Origin: Lama glama
Lineage: Eukaryota
Reading direction: 5' to 3'
Length of the DNA stretch: 64,000 nucleotides
Assembly: GCA_028534125.1 (NCBI GenBank)
Contig: CM052817.1
Location: 46,936,001-47,000,000 of the forward strand
This document shows, in pieces, positions 40,934-54,305 of the stretch. The notes below the pieces were generated by a model. The model was not told where the DNA came from and did not search any database. It saw only the letters and a list, made by a program, of their open reading frames with translations. How positions within the stretch are numbered: the first letter of the stretch is position 1; each line of letters opens with the position of its first letter. The position numbers were made by a program, and so were the translations under genes.

Positions 40934-41434
40934 GTAAGTTTATATTTTCTGACATTCTGCAGCTGCTCATTTACACAGGTGATGTGAAAACGTGGTCATT
41001 TTCTAATACTTTTACTCTGTGACAGGTCCAGATAGAGATTGTTGTACTAATTCAAAAGCTGTTGTGAGTGTTTGAGAATGTTTAGTATGGCATTATAATA
41101 TCTTTTGTATCTTCTTAGAAGCTACAGTGGATTTTATCTTAAATTTAACCATAAATAAATTTCTTCATCAGGTAAACTGCTATCTCTCTCAAAAAAAAGT
41201 TTCATATGTTTTCATTTAATAAGATAATGCTATCAAACATTTGCTTTTATTTCAAATTTTAAAATACCAAAGATTTTTAAAATTTGGTTTCACTGCTGAT
41301 TGTCTTTTTTGTTTTAAAAAAATAATGAGAAAAATACAGAGCTACATAGTTTAATAGGATAGCCACTAACCATATGTGCTATTTAAATTTAAATTAAATA
41401 AAATTAAAAATCTCAGTCAAGCTGGCTATTTAAA

Positions 41435-42309
41435 ATTTTTTTCCAATCTTATTTATATAATTGACATACATCACTGTATGAATTTAAGGTGTACAACATA
41501 GTGGTTTGATTTACGTATATTGTGAGATACATGAATAAATTTAATTACCATTCATCATCTCACATGGATACAATTTTTTTAAAGAAAGAAAAAGAAAATG
41601 TTTTTCCTTTTGATGAGAACACTTAGGATTTAGTTTAGCCTCTCTTAACAACTTTCCTTTATATCATACAGCAGTGTTAACTATAGTTATTATGGTTATA
41701 CATTACATCTCTAATACTTGTTTATCTTAATAGCTTTGTACCTTTTGATCACCTTCCTCCAGTTCCCCCTCCCAATACCCATCCCCACCTCTGATAACCA
41801 CAAATCTGATCTTTTTCTATGAGTTTGTTTTAGATTCCACATATAAATGAGATCATACAGTATTTGTCTTTCTCTCTCTGACTTATTTTACTTAGCATAA
41901 TGCCTTCATGGCCTATCCATTGTGTCAGAAATGGCAGGACTTCATTTTGAATTGTTTTGTTTTGTTTTCATGATGGAATAATATCTCATGTGTGTGTGTG
42001 TGTGTATATACACATATACATATACATACACATACACATACACATATACATATACATACACACACACACACACCCCCCACAACTTCTTTATCCATTCATC
42101 CATGGATGGGCAGTTAGGTTGTTTCCATGTCTTAGCTATTGTAAATAAGGCTTCTATGAGCAAGGGAGTGTAGATAGTGTAGGTATCTTTTCAAGTTAGT
42201 GCTTTTGTTTCTTTTGGTTATATTCCTGGAAGTGAAATTGTTGGATCATGTGGTAGTTCTATTTTTAATTTTTTAAGGATCCTCTTTACTATTTTCCATA
42301 GTGGCTGTA
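41435..42309 (-). mobile_element. L1 (L1MA/L1MB-like) 3' fragment including the ORF2 C-terminus
   Basis: Minus-strand peptide ALFTIAKTWKQPNCPSMDEWIKKLW is the L1 ORF2 C-terminal motif; typical L1 3' UTR with a T-rich end. Confidence 0.88.
41988..42072. repeat. Compound (TG)n-(TATACA/TACACA)n-(CA)n alternating purine-pyrimidine tract inside the L1
   Basis: Read directly from the sequence. Confidence 0.9.
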
Positions 42310-42764
42310 GGCTAGTCATATTTCAAGTGCTTACTTAATAAGCACATATGGCTAGTAGCTACCGTATTGGACAGCACAGATATCGAACACATCTATTACT
42401 GTAAAATGTTCATGTTGGACAGTGCTGATATTTAAAGAGTATCTAAAGATCTGGTTGTGTATGACTGCTTTTTCTTCTTTAGCTTTTTACTTTGAAATAT
42501 TTTTAGATTTATAGAAGAATTCATCTATAATTATTCCAACTTCCCTGAATGTAAACATCTTACATAACCACAGCATATTTACTAAAACTAAGAAATTCAT
42601 ATTGGTGCAATATAATTAACCAGACTACAGACTTTATACAGTTATCACTAGTTTTTCCAGTAATCTTTTTCTTTTAAAGTGTCCAGGATACCAAGTTGCA
42701 TTTTGAGCTTTGCATTTTAATATGCAAATATGAATATTTCAAGTAATTAATGATAATTTCATTC

Positions 42765-43058
42765 CAGAGATAGACAGATGATGGTCCATGGGCCAGATAT
42801 GGCATACTATGTATTTTTACATTTGTAATTTTTTAATTAAGTTATAACAATTATGTAAGATTAAAAATTTTTTTTTTAATTTTAAAAAGAATAATATGTG
42901 ACACAAAAATAGGACAAATTTCAGTGTTCATAAATAAAGTTTTATTGAAACACAGCTATGCCCATTTATTTACATAATGTATTATGGCTGCTTCCATGCT
43001 CTAATAACAGCCTAAAAATATTTATTATTTAGCCCTTTACAGAAAGGTTGCCAACTTG
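42765..43058. mobile_element. MER58B-like hAT-Charlie element
   Basis: AAATAAAGTTTTATTGAAACACAGC...TATGGCTGCTT...GCCCTTTACAGAAAGGTTGCCAAC. Confidence 0.75.
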
Positions 43059-44071
43059 ATAGGTGTCATTGAAGGGATGGAATTCTGGGACTAAAAATTT
43101 CTAAATTTAATGGAAACTGATTGTTATTTTTACCTATTTCTATAACACATAAATATAAAGAACATGGTCAGTAAATGTTTCTTTGCCAGGGATTGGTTAA
43201 AATATTTATGTGTACTTTTAAAACCAATTCGTCTTGAGTACTTAAACAATAAAGTCAATATAGTTTGATTATAAAAGCTTCATATGCTAATTAATACATT
43301 GGAAATGCTTTTATATTTCATCTTTATAATAATTGGAATTTAGTGAAAATACTTCACTTTTCAAAAAATGTGAAATCTAAGTAATGTATTAAGAAAGACT
43401 AAAGTTAAAGTCTACAGAAAAAGGAAATAAATTCTTGTTTTGCGGAAAAGTAAAGAAAAAGAGGAGCTCCATAAGGAAGTGTGATTTTGTGGGATGTACA
43501 GTTGATTAGAGCCAAAATTAGCAATGAGGGTTAACTTGAGAGTCCATCAGAGGGGGATATATTAGATTTAGGTCAAAACAGGTATATTTGCCTTCACAGT
43601 TATACCACTATTTCGACACCCTAGAAGATTAACATTAATTCAATAATAGCACCTAAAATGCAGTGCCATCATCCCAAATACATCCTTTATGCCTCTGTGT
43701 TTCTTTTTCCTTTCCTTTTGTTCCAACCAGTTAAGGTTTACACATTGCTTTTGACTGTTATGTCTCTTTGGTCTCCCTCTGTCTAAAATATCTCACCACC
43801 TTCTTTTGTTATTCTTGACACTGAATCTTTTGAACAGTCCAGTTATACTGAAGAATGTCCTACATTTAAGCTTCACCTGTTTTCTCAATCCATGATTATA
43901 TTCAGGCTAAGCATTTCTAGCAGGAACATCAGATGGGCAGTGTTTGAATCTCACACTGTATTATATCAGTAGACACTCAATGACAGATTGTCCCTCCATT
44001 GCTATAAAAAGCATGGCCAATTAGTTAAGGTGCTACTTATCAGATTTCTCCATTGTAACAAAGGAGAGTAG

Positions 44072-44428
44072 TTTTTTTGTTTTGTTTTGCTTTGTTTTAA
44101 GGTAGCTGTCTTAGGTTCACAACAAAATTGACAGAAAAATACAGAGATTTCCCATATACTCCCTGCCTCCACACAGGCATAGCCTCTTTTGCCTCCTTTA
44201 TTATCAACATCCTCCTTCAGAGGGGTACTTTTGTTACAGTTGATGAACCTACATTCACACATGCTTATCAGAGTCCATAGTTTACATGAGGGTTCCCTCT
44301 TGCTGTACATTCTGTAGGTTTGAACAAAAGTCTAGTGACATGTATTCACCATTATGTTATCATCCAGAGTATTTTCAGTGTCTTAAAAATCCTCTGTGCT
44401 TTGCCTACTCATTCCTCCCTCCCCTCTA
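44072..44428 (-). mobile_element. L1MC-type 3' end fragment
   Basis: TTAGGTTCACAACAAAATTGA...TACAGAGATTTCCCATATACTCCCTG...GTTGATGAACCTACATT, preceded by a T-rich tail. Confidence 0.7.
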
Positions 44429-44763
44429 AGTTTTTTAAAGAAAATTTTATGTAACTCTTTGGCCATCAAACCTATTTAAATTCTTGTGTTAATATTAAAT
44501 CTACATGTATTCTATAATAACTAACAAAATGTCAAAATTAAAATTAAATATAAAATATTTTCCTTGATAATTTCTTTTTTATAGCTATCTTTGTAAAATA
44601 AAGGGGGAAATAATGAGTCAGTGGACTGGAAGAAGTAAGCAAGGAAAATTTTTTTAATAATCTAAAATATTTTTGTATTTGTTAGGGACCTCTTAGAATT
44701 CTAGGTTTTTCTAATTCTCTTAGGGGTGACTATTATACATTATTACTGTCTTCTATATTATAG

Positions 44764-44961
44764 GTATTGTCAATATGGACTCGCCATATGGTTCTGTAAC
44801 ACCTTCTTCTACACATTTGGGAAATTTTGCCTCAAACCTCTCAGGAGGTCAAATGTATGGACCTGGGGCACCCCTTGGAGGAGCACCCACAGCTGCTAAC
44901 TTTAACAGACAACATTTTTCCCCACTTAGTTTGTTGACTCCATGTTCATCAGCATCAAATG
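44764..44961 (+). CDS. ANKRD17: ANKRD17 exon, (G)IVNMDSPYGS...CSSASN
   Basis: attatag| acceptor, ATG|gtgagt donor; 198 nt. Confidence 0.95.
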
Positions 44962-47138
44962 GTGAGTAATAGACACTGTAATTCCAGAGGAAGAGTTGAA
45001 GGTTTTAAGTTTTTCAAAGCTTGGAATTTTTAAGTTTAAATCTTACCATAATTTAAATACTATAAAAATGTAATTTTATATTAATGACAATCTGAAATCA
45101 GGAGAAATTTCAATAGAATTTTTAGGTTTTTTAAATTACTGGAATCAGCCTCAGTTCTATAAAACCTAGAACATTATATTGAAGTTTATTTCTAAGAGGG
45201 ATCCTTTTCTGAAAATAAAAAATTTTGTTGTGCCACCTATTGATTTACACTTAGTTTTAGTTTTGAGAGTATAACTACCAAGAAGAAAGATTCTAGCCTT
45301 TAAAGTAGTATAAATATCATGTACTTTTTGTCTACCTTTAAATTTCATAATCATATAAATAGTATAACTGATTTTGCATTATCAGATCTGTATTTTTAAC
45401 TGTAGTCAGGCTTTGAAGCAGTGATTAGATTTTTAAACTAAGGAAGATCAGTAGGGAATTTCAAATTAAGTTAGCACTAAGGAATTCAACTCATACTAAA
45501 AGAATTCTATAGTAAGACTATTGGGTTTTTGTGTTTGTGGTTATTTATTTATTTAGTGGGTATAAAGATATCATATTTCTTTCTCCTTGAGGAAATTTTC
45601 ATAAGAATAAGAATCCATTTTTTTTAACTACCAAGTTTCTTCTAATTAACAATGTTAGATCCCACTTAATGGAGCCTGGTTAACTGAATGAAAGGATGAA
45701 AAAAAAGTATTTGAGAGATACAAATCAAAGTGCATTGCCAGTGAAAGCATGCATTGCCATAAGGTGTGGTCTATAGTGAATTAACATGCTGTATAGTTCT
45801 TGTGTTTGTCAAATAACGAGGACAGTCATAGAATGTTAATTATCCTTGTACAGATGTCCCTAAATGAAAAGAAATGGCTTAAGAGAGAATTCAAAATGAC
45901 TGTGATAAAAACATACCAGAGATAATATAAGAAGTATGAAAATAATGTACCAATATAAGAAGAAAAAAAGTTTATAGCAGTTCTCATTCAGAATACTTTA
46001 CCTATATTTGAAAAAGCTTCGGAAAATTTCTTAGTGACATAACACTGTATGGACTTATAATTCAAGATGACAAACCAAGCATTCATGTTTATCTCTTTTC
46101 CTTCTAGATGTTTCATTAAACTTTGAGCAAAGCAATAAGAGTATGATAATCACACAAATATAAGAAGATGAAAAGGGCCAAGAGAAAATAGTATATTTCT
46201 GAAAGATAGAAAGTGGATAAAAGAGTAGTGACTGATTTATGTATCTGTTGAATTAATTTTTATTGAAGTGCTCAGGTGGAGATGCAAAGTTTGAATAAGA
46301 AAAAAGGCCTTTTCTCAAGGAACTTTTCGTGGAGATTTAATACTTTTCTAATTTTATATGTTGTAGATTTATTTCCTCTCTGTTTTTTTTCATTGAAATA
46401 AAAAATTTTTTAAAATATTGTAAATCAACTATACTTAAATTAAAAAAAATTTTTAAACAATAAAAATTTCTTTCAAATTTTAAAATAAAAAATTCCTTAG
46501 GAATCATGGTTAATTGAAATAAAATGAATATAGTATTACATTGGCACTTAGCCTGATTTATCTAAACATAAGCCATTAAATAGAATACTTAAATATAACT
46601 CTAAGGAATAACTGATTATGACATTTTAGTCTTAACTATGGCTTTTTATAAGAACTATAGCCTCAGTTATTTAAAGCTGTATTTCAGTACAACACAAATT
46701 TCTATATACTAGGGGAATATGGATATTTGTTTTATTTATTTGGTTTATAAGGAAGATTGACAGGTATATATTGAGTGGAAGGTAATTCACTCTGCATTAA
46801 AAATTGGTACTTTATCCTAATCTAGGGTTCTCTCCCTTTAGGGCTATGATTTGAAGAGATTTTAGGTCAAGTTTCAATTAAGGAAAAAAACTAAAAGAAA
46901 AGTAAAACATTGAGAATTACCAGTGAATCCTTTTTGTAATATAACTAATAACCATATATTAAATAACAACAGTTAATTTATTGAATTTAGGCACTTTTCA
47001 AGTTAATTTATCCCCAAAACTGCCTTTGTCAGCAAAATCCTAATATAAACAGATGATCTTAGATAAGTCATTTCAGTGAACCTCAGTTTTTTCCTATCTG
47101 TTAATATTTACCATACTGGATTAGTGTGAGGAGTAAAT

Positions 47139-47241
47139 GGGGCAGGATGGGTATAGCTCAGTGGTAGAGTGCTTGCTTAGTTAGCATGCATGAGGTCCTG
47201 GGTTCAATCCCCAGTACCTCCATTAAAAGCAAACAAAAAAA
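47139..47241 (+). mobile_element. tRNA-Ala-derived SINE (vic-1-like), short type, abutting a MIR fragment
   Basis: GGGTATAGCTCAGTGGTAGAG...GGTCCTGGGTTCAATCCCCAGTACCTCCA followed by an A-rich tail. Confidence 0.88.
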
Positions 47242-48129
47242 CACCTGAATAAAAAGACCAGGCCATAAATATTTTTTAAAAAAAAGTGAAATAGAACAAT
47301 ATATGTTATCTATTATCACTGGTGGTTTTTTTCCTTTTTGATGATAATGAGGATGATGATGATGACAGTAAGTATTAGTCCTGTTTTCTAATAGTTTTAG
47401 AAATGTACTGAAGAACTGGGAACAGAGAAGTAAACATCTTATAAATAGCCAGTAATTAAAAAATCTGAAACACATTATAAATTTTGAATGATTTTATCTG
47501 CTTAGTTTTTTTCTTAGACTCCTCTTAAAATTAATTTTTATCTGTAAATATATAACAGATCTGTATCAGTGTCTTCTGAGTATGTTGAGCTGAAACTAAA
47601 CCATCACAGGAATAAACATCTTCCTTAAAATGTCTGCATATAGGTGATTCATATTCACCTATTTACATATAAAAATAAGGATAGTTTTTGGTTTTCATGT
47701 TCATAAAAAAATAGGAATTGGGAGAAAAGGAGTTAAAATTTTAACATAATTGCTATTGAAATATGTTCCCTGAAAGTTTTTGGTAATCTTTAAAATAGAA
47801 TGGATTCTCAGAAGCAGAGAATATTTTTAAATATAATAAAAACATATTTATTGATATGAATTTTTATTACTTTAGGAAATACAGAATTTGAAATTCTTGA
47901 ATGAAATTCACAAAGTATCATAGGTTGCATATGCCCATGGGGTTTGGTGCATGGGTTTGGGGGATTTGTTTGGTTTTGGTTTTGTTTTATTTTCATTAGA
48001 TTTTTTTGTTGAAAAAGCATTGTGGTTTTTCTAACAATGCAGCCAATACAGGTTAGGTTTTTTAATACATTGCTAATTAATACAGAGTGCAATTGAAGCC
48101 ATTAACATTGCTTTCTTTGGTACATTCCA

Positions 48130-50400
48130 ACAACTTTGTTTTAGACAGTTTCCAAAAATTTTAAACTTAAAGAAAAGTTGAAAGAATAGTTCAATAAGTA
48201 TCCATATTCCTTTCACTTAAAATTACCATTTTTTAAACATTTTACTCCATTTTCTTTTATTTCTGTTTGCTTTTTGTTGTTGAACTGTTTTAAAGTAAGG
48301 TTCAGAAATGACAGTTCAGATCTAAAAACTTAATTTTGCATCGCTTAAACGTAAGACCATTTTCTTACACATCTACAATACCATCATTAAATATCTAATA
48401 TATTAACATGAATTCAGTAATATCCTCTGATAATGCAGTCTCTAGTCATGTATCCCCGGTTGTCCTAAAACACTTTTTATACATTTTTTTCCCTTCTGAA
48501 CCATGAACTACTTAAGGTAAACATGTTGTGTTGGTTATCTCTCCAAAGTCTTTTAAGAATAGCACAAAGAACTCTTGTATATTTTTTGGATTCACCAGTT
48601 AACATGTTGCCACATTCCTCCCTTTCCCCACCACTATCCCTGTGTGTGAGTGAATGAGTGTGTGTGTAGTATAGTCTGTGTATAGGGTTTTTTATCCTGA
48701 ACCAGAGTTAGTTACAGATACCCAGCTGATTTCCCCTAAATACTCCCAAATTATAATATTTTGGAAGAACAAGAACATTCTCTTCCACAACTACAATGCA
48801 GTCATCAAATACAGCAAATTTTACATTACTACATTATCTTTTAACACTTTTTATTTATTTATAATCATTTTACAATGTTGTGTCAAATTCCAGTGTAGAG
48901 CATAATTACATTACTACATTATTACCTAATATATAGTCCGTATTCACATTTCACCAGTTGTTCCAATAAATATGTTTATTATTCCTCTCATTCAAGATTC
49001 AAATCAGTATCACAGATTGCATTTAATTCCCGTAGCTTTTTAGTTTCAATCTGGAACTATTTCCTCAGCCTTTCAAAGAAAGACTTTGTTAAGATTACGG
49101 GTCAGTTGTTTGATAAAATGCCTCAGTTTGCTTTTCAGACATTTCTTCATGATTAAGTTTGTATGTTTTTGACAGGAATATTAGTATTAGTCAATGTTGC
49201 ATCCTTCTCAGTGTATTACATTAGAAGGTATAAAATGTCAGTTTGTGCTATTACTGATGCTTTGATCACTTGGTTCTACACTGTCAAATTGTTGTATTTC
49301 CCTTTGTAATTTGTAAGTAATCTTTGGGGAGTTTCTTTGACTGTTCTTATTCCTCATAAGATTTTCAGACAGAGTATAAAGAGTGTAAGGGAATGGGGGA
49401 AGAAGTAGCACTTATCGCAGTATAAATAATAGTTTTATTTTTGTAACCATGTCAATGTTTATAAATTTAAAACAAAATCAACTTTGATGAAGAAAAAAAC
49501 ATTAAAATTGAATATAAGTAGAAATAGGTAAACCTGTCTACATTTTAAATTATTAACGTAAACTTACCAAAAGAAAAATAAACAATTCAAAAAACTCTTG
49601 AACACAGTACTCTGTATGCCCTTCAGTCTAAAGACAAATAGACTTCAGACAAATCTCCATTTCTGTTTAGGACATTTATTTTTTATAATATTATGGATAA
49701 GCAATTCTAAAATTATATAGATTATATTGTGGGATTGAGCAAATGAATAAATAAGTATATTGATGATGAAGTGATCCAGGGTTCTCACTGTAAGAAATGT
49801 AGAGAGAAATGTAGATTAGAGTAAGCCAAGGAAGAATCCTATGGACTGGACTGGAATTAGAAGATCAGTATTAACTCTTGATTTTTAAATGACGTATGTA
49901 TTGGATTGAATCATATAAAATTGCCATTTTTTCCCCTAGTGCTATCTACTGAAAGGGCTTAGAAGCAGTGAGTTTTCGGTAGCATTGTGCACTATGTGTT
50001 AAATATTTTAGTCCACTAAAAGAAACTAGGGCTCCTTGGGGAAATAGCTGATTTGAGAACTGGTGCAGAGAAAGTATAAGGGGAACCTGCAAAAGTCTTA
50101 TAGTGTCGGAAAGTAATTATATAATTAAGTGCTCAGATGATGGGGACATGTCAGTAAGGACACAGGAGGCAGCTTGAAGGGGCTCTCACTGGCCAAATTC
50201 AGGGTATTTTGACCATCAAAGTGAATAATGTCACCGCATTGAATAAAACAAATATCCATGAGAATATAATAATTATAAATAAAATTTAAAAATTTGAAGT
50301 ACAAGAGAGAGAATGTTCTTTACAGTATAACGACAACTCATAAATGTAGAAGGAATTATAATTTGAGTTATTTTGCAACTATTAGATTGATTCAGGCAAG
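48130..50400. mobile_element. Mosaic of old L1 (L1MC/MD/ME-type) 3' fragments
   Basis: Motifs such as AAAAGTTGAAAGAATAGT, AAGAACATTCTCTTCCACAAC and GATGGGGACATGTCA. Subfamilies and boundaries are uncertain. Confidence 0.5.
48838..48905 (-). mobile_element. Extremely 5'-truncated young L1 3' end
   Basis: Reverse complement TTATGCTCTACACTGGAATTTGACACAACATTGTAAAATGATTATAAATAAATAAAAAG..., flanked by a perfect 17-bp repeat TTACATTACTACATTAT (48821 and 48906). Confidence 0.75.
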
Positions 50401-53400
50401 ACTCATTTTTACCTTTAATACTGAATTTCTAATTAGTTTGTATTATCCTAACCTAATGTAAGTCTTAATACTTTTTAATGACCATTTAGTTTGTTTTGTC
50501 TGACTTCCAACTCTTCTTTAGGTAATGTGTCACATGAATGTAATTTCATATTTTTCTTTCTTTATGGTAGTCTTTTAAAATTTTGTTTTCAGTGTTTATC
50601 TAGGTATTTTCTTAAAAGTTGCCATTCTGGATGCTGTTGTAGGACTAATCACAGAAACATGAACTTAACTTTTCACAATATATTTATCTGGTTTTAGTAC
50701 TTGAATAGGTTTTATCACATTTTTCCATACATTCCACTTCTCTCTTCCCTCCTCCTCTTTAGGATGTCAGGACATGATATTAAGGACTCTGGCAAACTAA
50801 GTTGGGATGTCGGGGACATGGGCCCCTTCCTTAAAAAAAAAAAAAAAGAAAGAAAGGGAAGCAAAGAACCTTTCCTGAGGCCCCAGAACAACAGATTGGT
50901 GATGCCCAAGTACCTTCTGCATACAGGTTGGGCAGAGATCACTTGAGCCTTTATGCCATTCAAACTGCTAAGGTCTAACCTATCAACGCTCAACCAGTCG
51001 GTGCATTGTTTACTGATCACTGTCTCTGGTCTGTGAGCTTCAGTCCTTGGCAACTTTAGTCAGTGAGCCATTTTGACATTCAGTCTTATAAAGCTTTTGT
51101 CGGGTCAAAAAGCAGTAAAAAAGCATTACAGTTTTGAAAGGAAAAAACTAATTTTACATTGTGACCCAGTATACATGAACATGTGTGTGTAACTGAAATA
51201 TATTTACAAAACAATATTTATCCTCACAGTATGTATAACATGCTGGTATTTTCTATTGTTCTTTTACCTTAAAAAAATTTTTTGTGTTAGTCATGACCAG
51301 CCACATTTATCTCATTATCTACTGTGGTTTAATCAACACTGAACTGAAGCATGAAGAAAGTACTGTGTAGTTTTCCTGCAGGAGCACTTTTTCCATTTGT
51401 AAGTCACACTGCTCTTTCAATTTGAATTCAGGACCCTGTTGTCATTTCAAAACTGAAGTGGATTTACTGAAGCTTAAGATTCAGGATACCTCATTTGTAA
51501 GGGCCTCTGCCAAGGTCCTATACCTAATTTTGTATTCTTTTTCTAAAGACAGATTCCTTAGATTGCATAGGATCTCACAACACTTCTAAAACCTGTTTTT
51601 TCTCTAATAATATAAGTTGGCATATTTTAAAATAATATGACTCTGGATTAGATTTTGCTTGTTTTTTTTTCCAATTTAAGAAATTATTATGATTAGAGGT
51701 GAGAAAAGAAATTAGAATAATCAGGCTCTTTTCATTGCAAGGAATATAGACCTACCCAACGAATCTCCAGGAAAATGGTGTTTAAGGCTATATAGGGCCA
51801 TCTTCAGAACTATCCAGAATTTGTGACTCCTATTTTCCATCACTTTAGTTAGAGGATTTATGGTCTCTCACTCATGATTTGTTTTCTTGTGAGTCTCCTC
51901 TATTTACTCTCTTTACACCTAGGCTTCTTCATTATCTCATCTTGTATATGGTCCTCAAAGATTAAATTCATAGTTGATTAAACAAGTCTTTCTCTGTTTA
52001 CCAATTGCACCTTCCTGTATGAGAAATATGATTGGCTCAGTTCATACGTTCAAGTACAGTCATGTCAGTCACAGATAGTTGGCTTGCCTGAAGTAGATCA
52101 TTCTTCAGTCAGATGCTTGGCAGTAGTCCAGTAAAGCCATCAGGGAAAAAGCAGAAAACAGTCATCTGATTAAAAACAAACAAACAAAAACTATGGCTAG
52201 TGAGGTGGCAGAATCTGTGAAGTCCCTTAAATGAGATGAGTCAGCAGGCAAGCCTACTTACTTTCTACATTTGAACAAAATATGGAGGGTTCCTGTTATT
52301 TTGCTTTGGTTTTGTTTTTTGAAGGCTACAGGATAGGAAAGAGAAAGTAGCTCTAACACAGAGGTTAGGGAGAGCTCCCAAGGATGACTCTGAGGGAAGG
52401 TAGGATTCATTTGTCCTTCCTTCCATCAGCCCTTCCTGCTTAAGCAGCTTTCCATCCTTGCTTCCTTCTTGCCTGCCACCTTTGACTGATTGTGTCTTCA
52501 TGTTAGTTTTCTGGATTGGCTTCTCTCAGGTATATAATTGTGCCCTTTCAATATGTAGTTTAAAAAAAAAAAACAGAACTTTGTTTATCCTTTGTGTTTA
52601 CAACTTTTTGTGTTCCCTGCAGTTCAGTTTAGTCTTTTCTGGAATATTATTTCATTTCTAATACTTTCCTGAGTTTTGTTGTCTTGTTTCCAGTTTTACT
52701 AATTCTGAATTATGCTGTCCTTCCAAATCTTTCTTTTATTTCTTTCAGCTCACTTTGGGATTTTAGATTATAGTCTTTTTCTGATGTGCCTTTAGAATAT
52801 TAGAATATAGCTTTCTTTCTGGCATGCTTTTGTTATCTACCAAATTTTGTGGGTTCATATCTCTTTCAGTTCTTTGTATACAATTCAACTGCAATTCTAT
52901 TCTGTTTTACATTTTTAAATGAACTGAGTCTTCCTGAGCTTTTAGAAGGAATAAATTGATTAAGACATTTTTCCTACTTTAAGGACTCTAGAATTTCCTC
53001 TTACTGGGAAATGTGCAAAAATATGGTCTTGTACTTTGTTAAATCTCCTTGCTTTGTTGTCCTTACTCATCTATCCAGCCTACCCACCCACCTCCACCTC
53101 TGCGCTACTCTTGACTGGATCTTCGCTTTGCTTTGCTTTTGTTTTCTCTTTCCTGTTCAGTTTGGAGTCTGTTCCCAGAAGTTTCCGATCAGTGTAGGAC
53201 TTTATCCTGGCAAGGGGCTTCAGCAGGTACCTATAAGAAGTCATAGGGCACTTGTTGCTCCAGCTTCCTCAAACCTTATTGTGAATCCTTTGCAATCACC
53301 CGCACATAGGCAGAGCTCTCCCACTTTCACCTGCTGTTCTCAGATTGGCCTGCCCTGATTTCCTCTGAATACCTGTGACTATTTTGTGGTTCTCCTGTTT

Positions 53401-54305
53401 TCAGTTCTGGAGAATTGCTTCCTTCCACATAGATGCTGATACTACATGAGTCTTATAGCTGTTGGTGATTTGTCTCTATTCACTTGTATTTTTGGATTCA
53501 CTTGGATATGTTTTCTGTTAGTTTTGTTATAAATGTTATCCATGGATTTTAGGCTTTGCTAACTTAATGACTGTTTTTATGGGAGGATTTGGAAAGAATC
53601 AAAACCTTTGCTACTGCTACTTCCATCATCCTAGAATTCCCTCTTATACCAGTGTAATTTTAAGGTGAATTTTAAAATACTTCTAGTTGCTTTAAATACA
53701 TCTATGCGGTTTTTCCATTTTCTTATGATTTGTTAAAAGTAAATGCTGTAAAGTAATGCTAATGTATCCATGACCACAGGAGATACATTTTAATTTTCCA
53801 TTAGAGGGTAATAGTTTTCTTGGTTTACTTTTACAGATAACAAGTCCATATGTTTCATGTTTTTATTCCCCAATAAAGTCAAAATCCATATAATAAATTA
53901 TAATTTATAGGGTACTTTAGGATTCATTCCTTTTAAGTTAATAGTCACTACCTCTCATTGAGTGGTGGTACTATCAATTTAACCAAAACAGACCTCTACA
54001 AGCACTAGTAAGGTGGAATTGATCTCCACAGTACTTTCCAATTGTATGATTTTAAAGTATATCTGAGAAGTATTTTTTGAAACATATTCAGGTCATTAAT
54101 ATTACTGAATTTTTCTTTTTCTTCCAAATTCCTTGAAAAGTATCTGAGGAAATAGAAGTACAATTCTTATATGCGTACAGCTAGATAGATTGATTTTGTA
54201 AATTTATTAGCTACTTGAGTCCCTTTGGATGGAAACAGACACAGACACACACATATTTACCCACATACACATACATATAGAAAACTTAAATGTAAAAATA
54301 GTTAA

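Larger units (their letters stand above)
41342..42427. mobile_element. MER3 (hAT-Charlie) split into 41342-41431 and 42310-42427 by the L1 insertion
   Basis: TAGCCACTAACCATATGTG...ATTTAAATTTAAATT on the left, TTTCAAGTGCT...GGCTAGTAGCTACCGTATTGGACAGCACAGATAT...TTGGACAGTGCTG on the right; colinear with the recalled MER3 consensus. Confidence 0.75.

Noticed and set aside
46306..46340. Faint resemblance to U5 snRNA (CCTTTT...TTTTCGTGGAGA)
   Set aside because: Short and gapped, with no flanking U5 stems or Sm site; probably chance.
47149..47222. Apparent tRNA-Ala(AGC) gene (likewise the copies at 29.8k, 37.2k and 54.3k)
   Set aside because: This copy has a TTAG duplication in the anticodon loop, a disrupted acceptor stem and an A-rich tail instead of a T-run terminator. 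The other three carry TSDs. These are SINEs, not tRNA genes.
51450..52200. Possible hAT-Tip100 and MLT1-type LTR remnants
   Set aside because: Too degraded to name or delimit without RepeatMasker.
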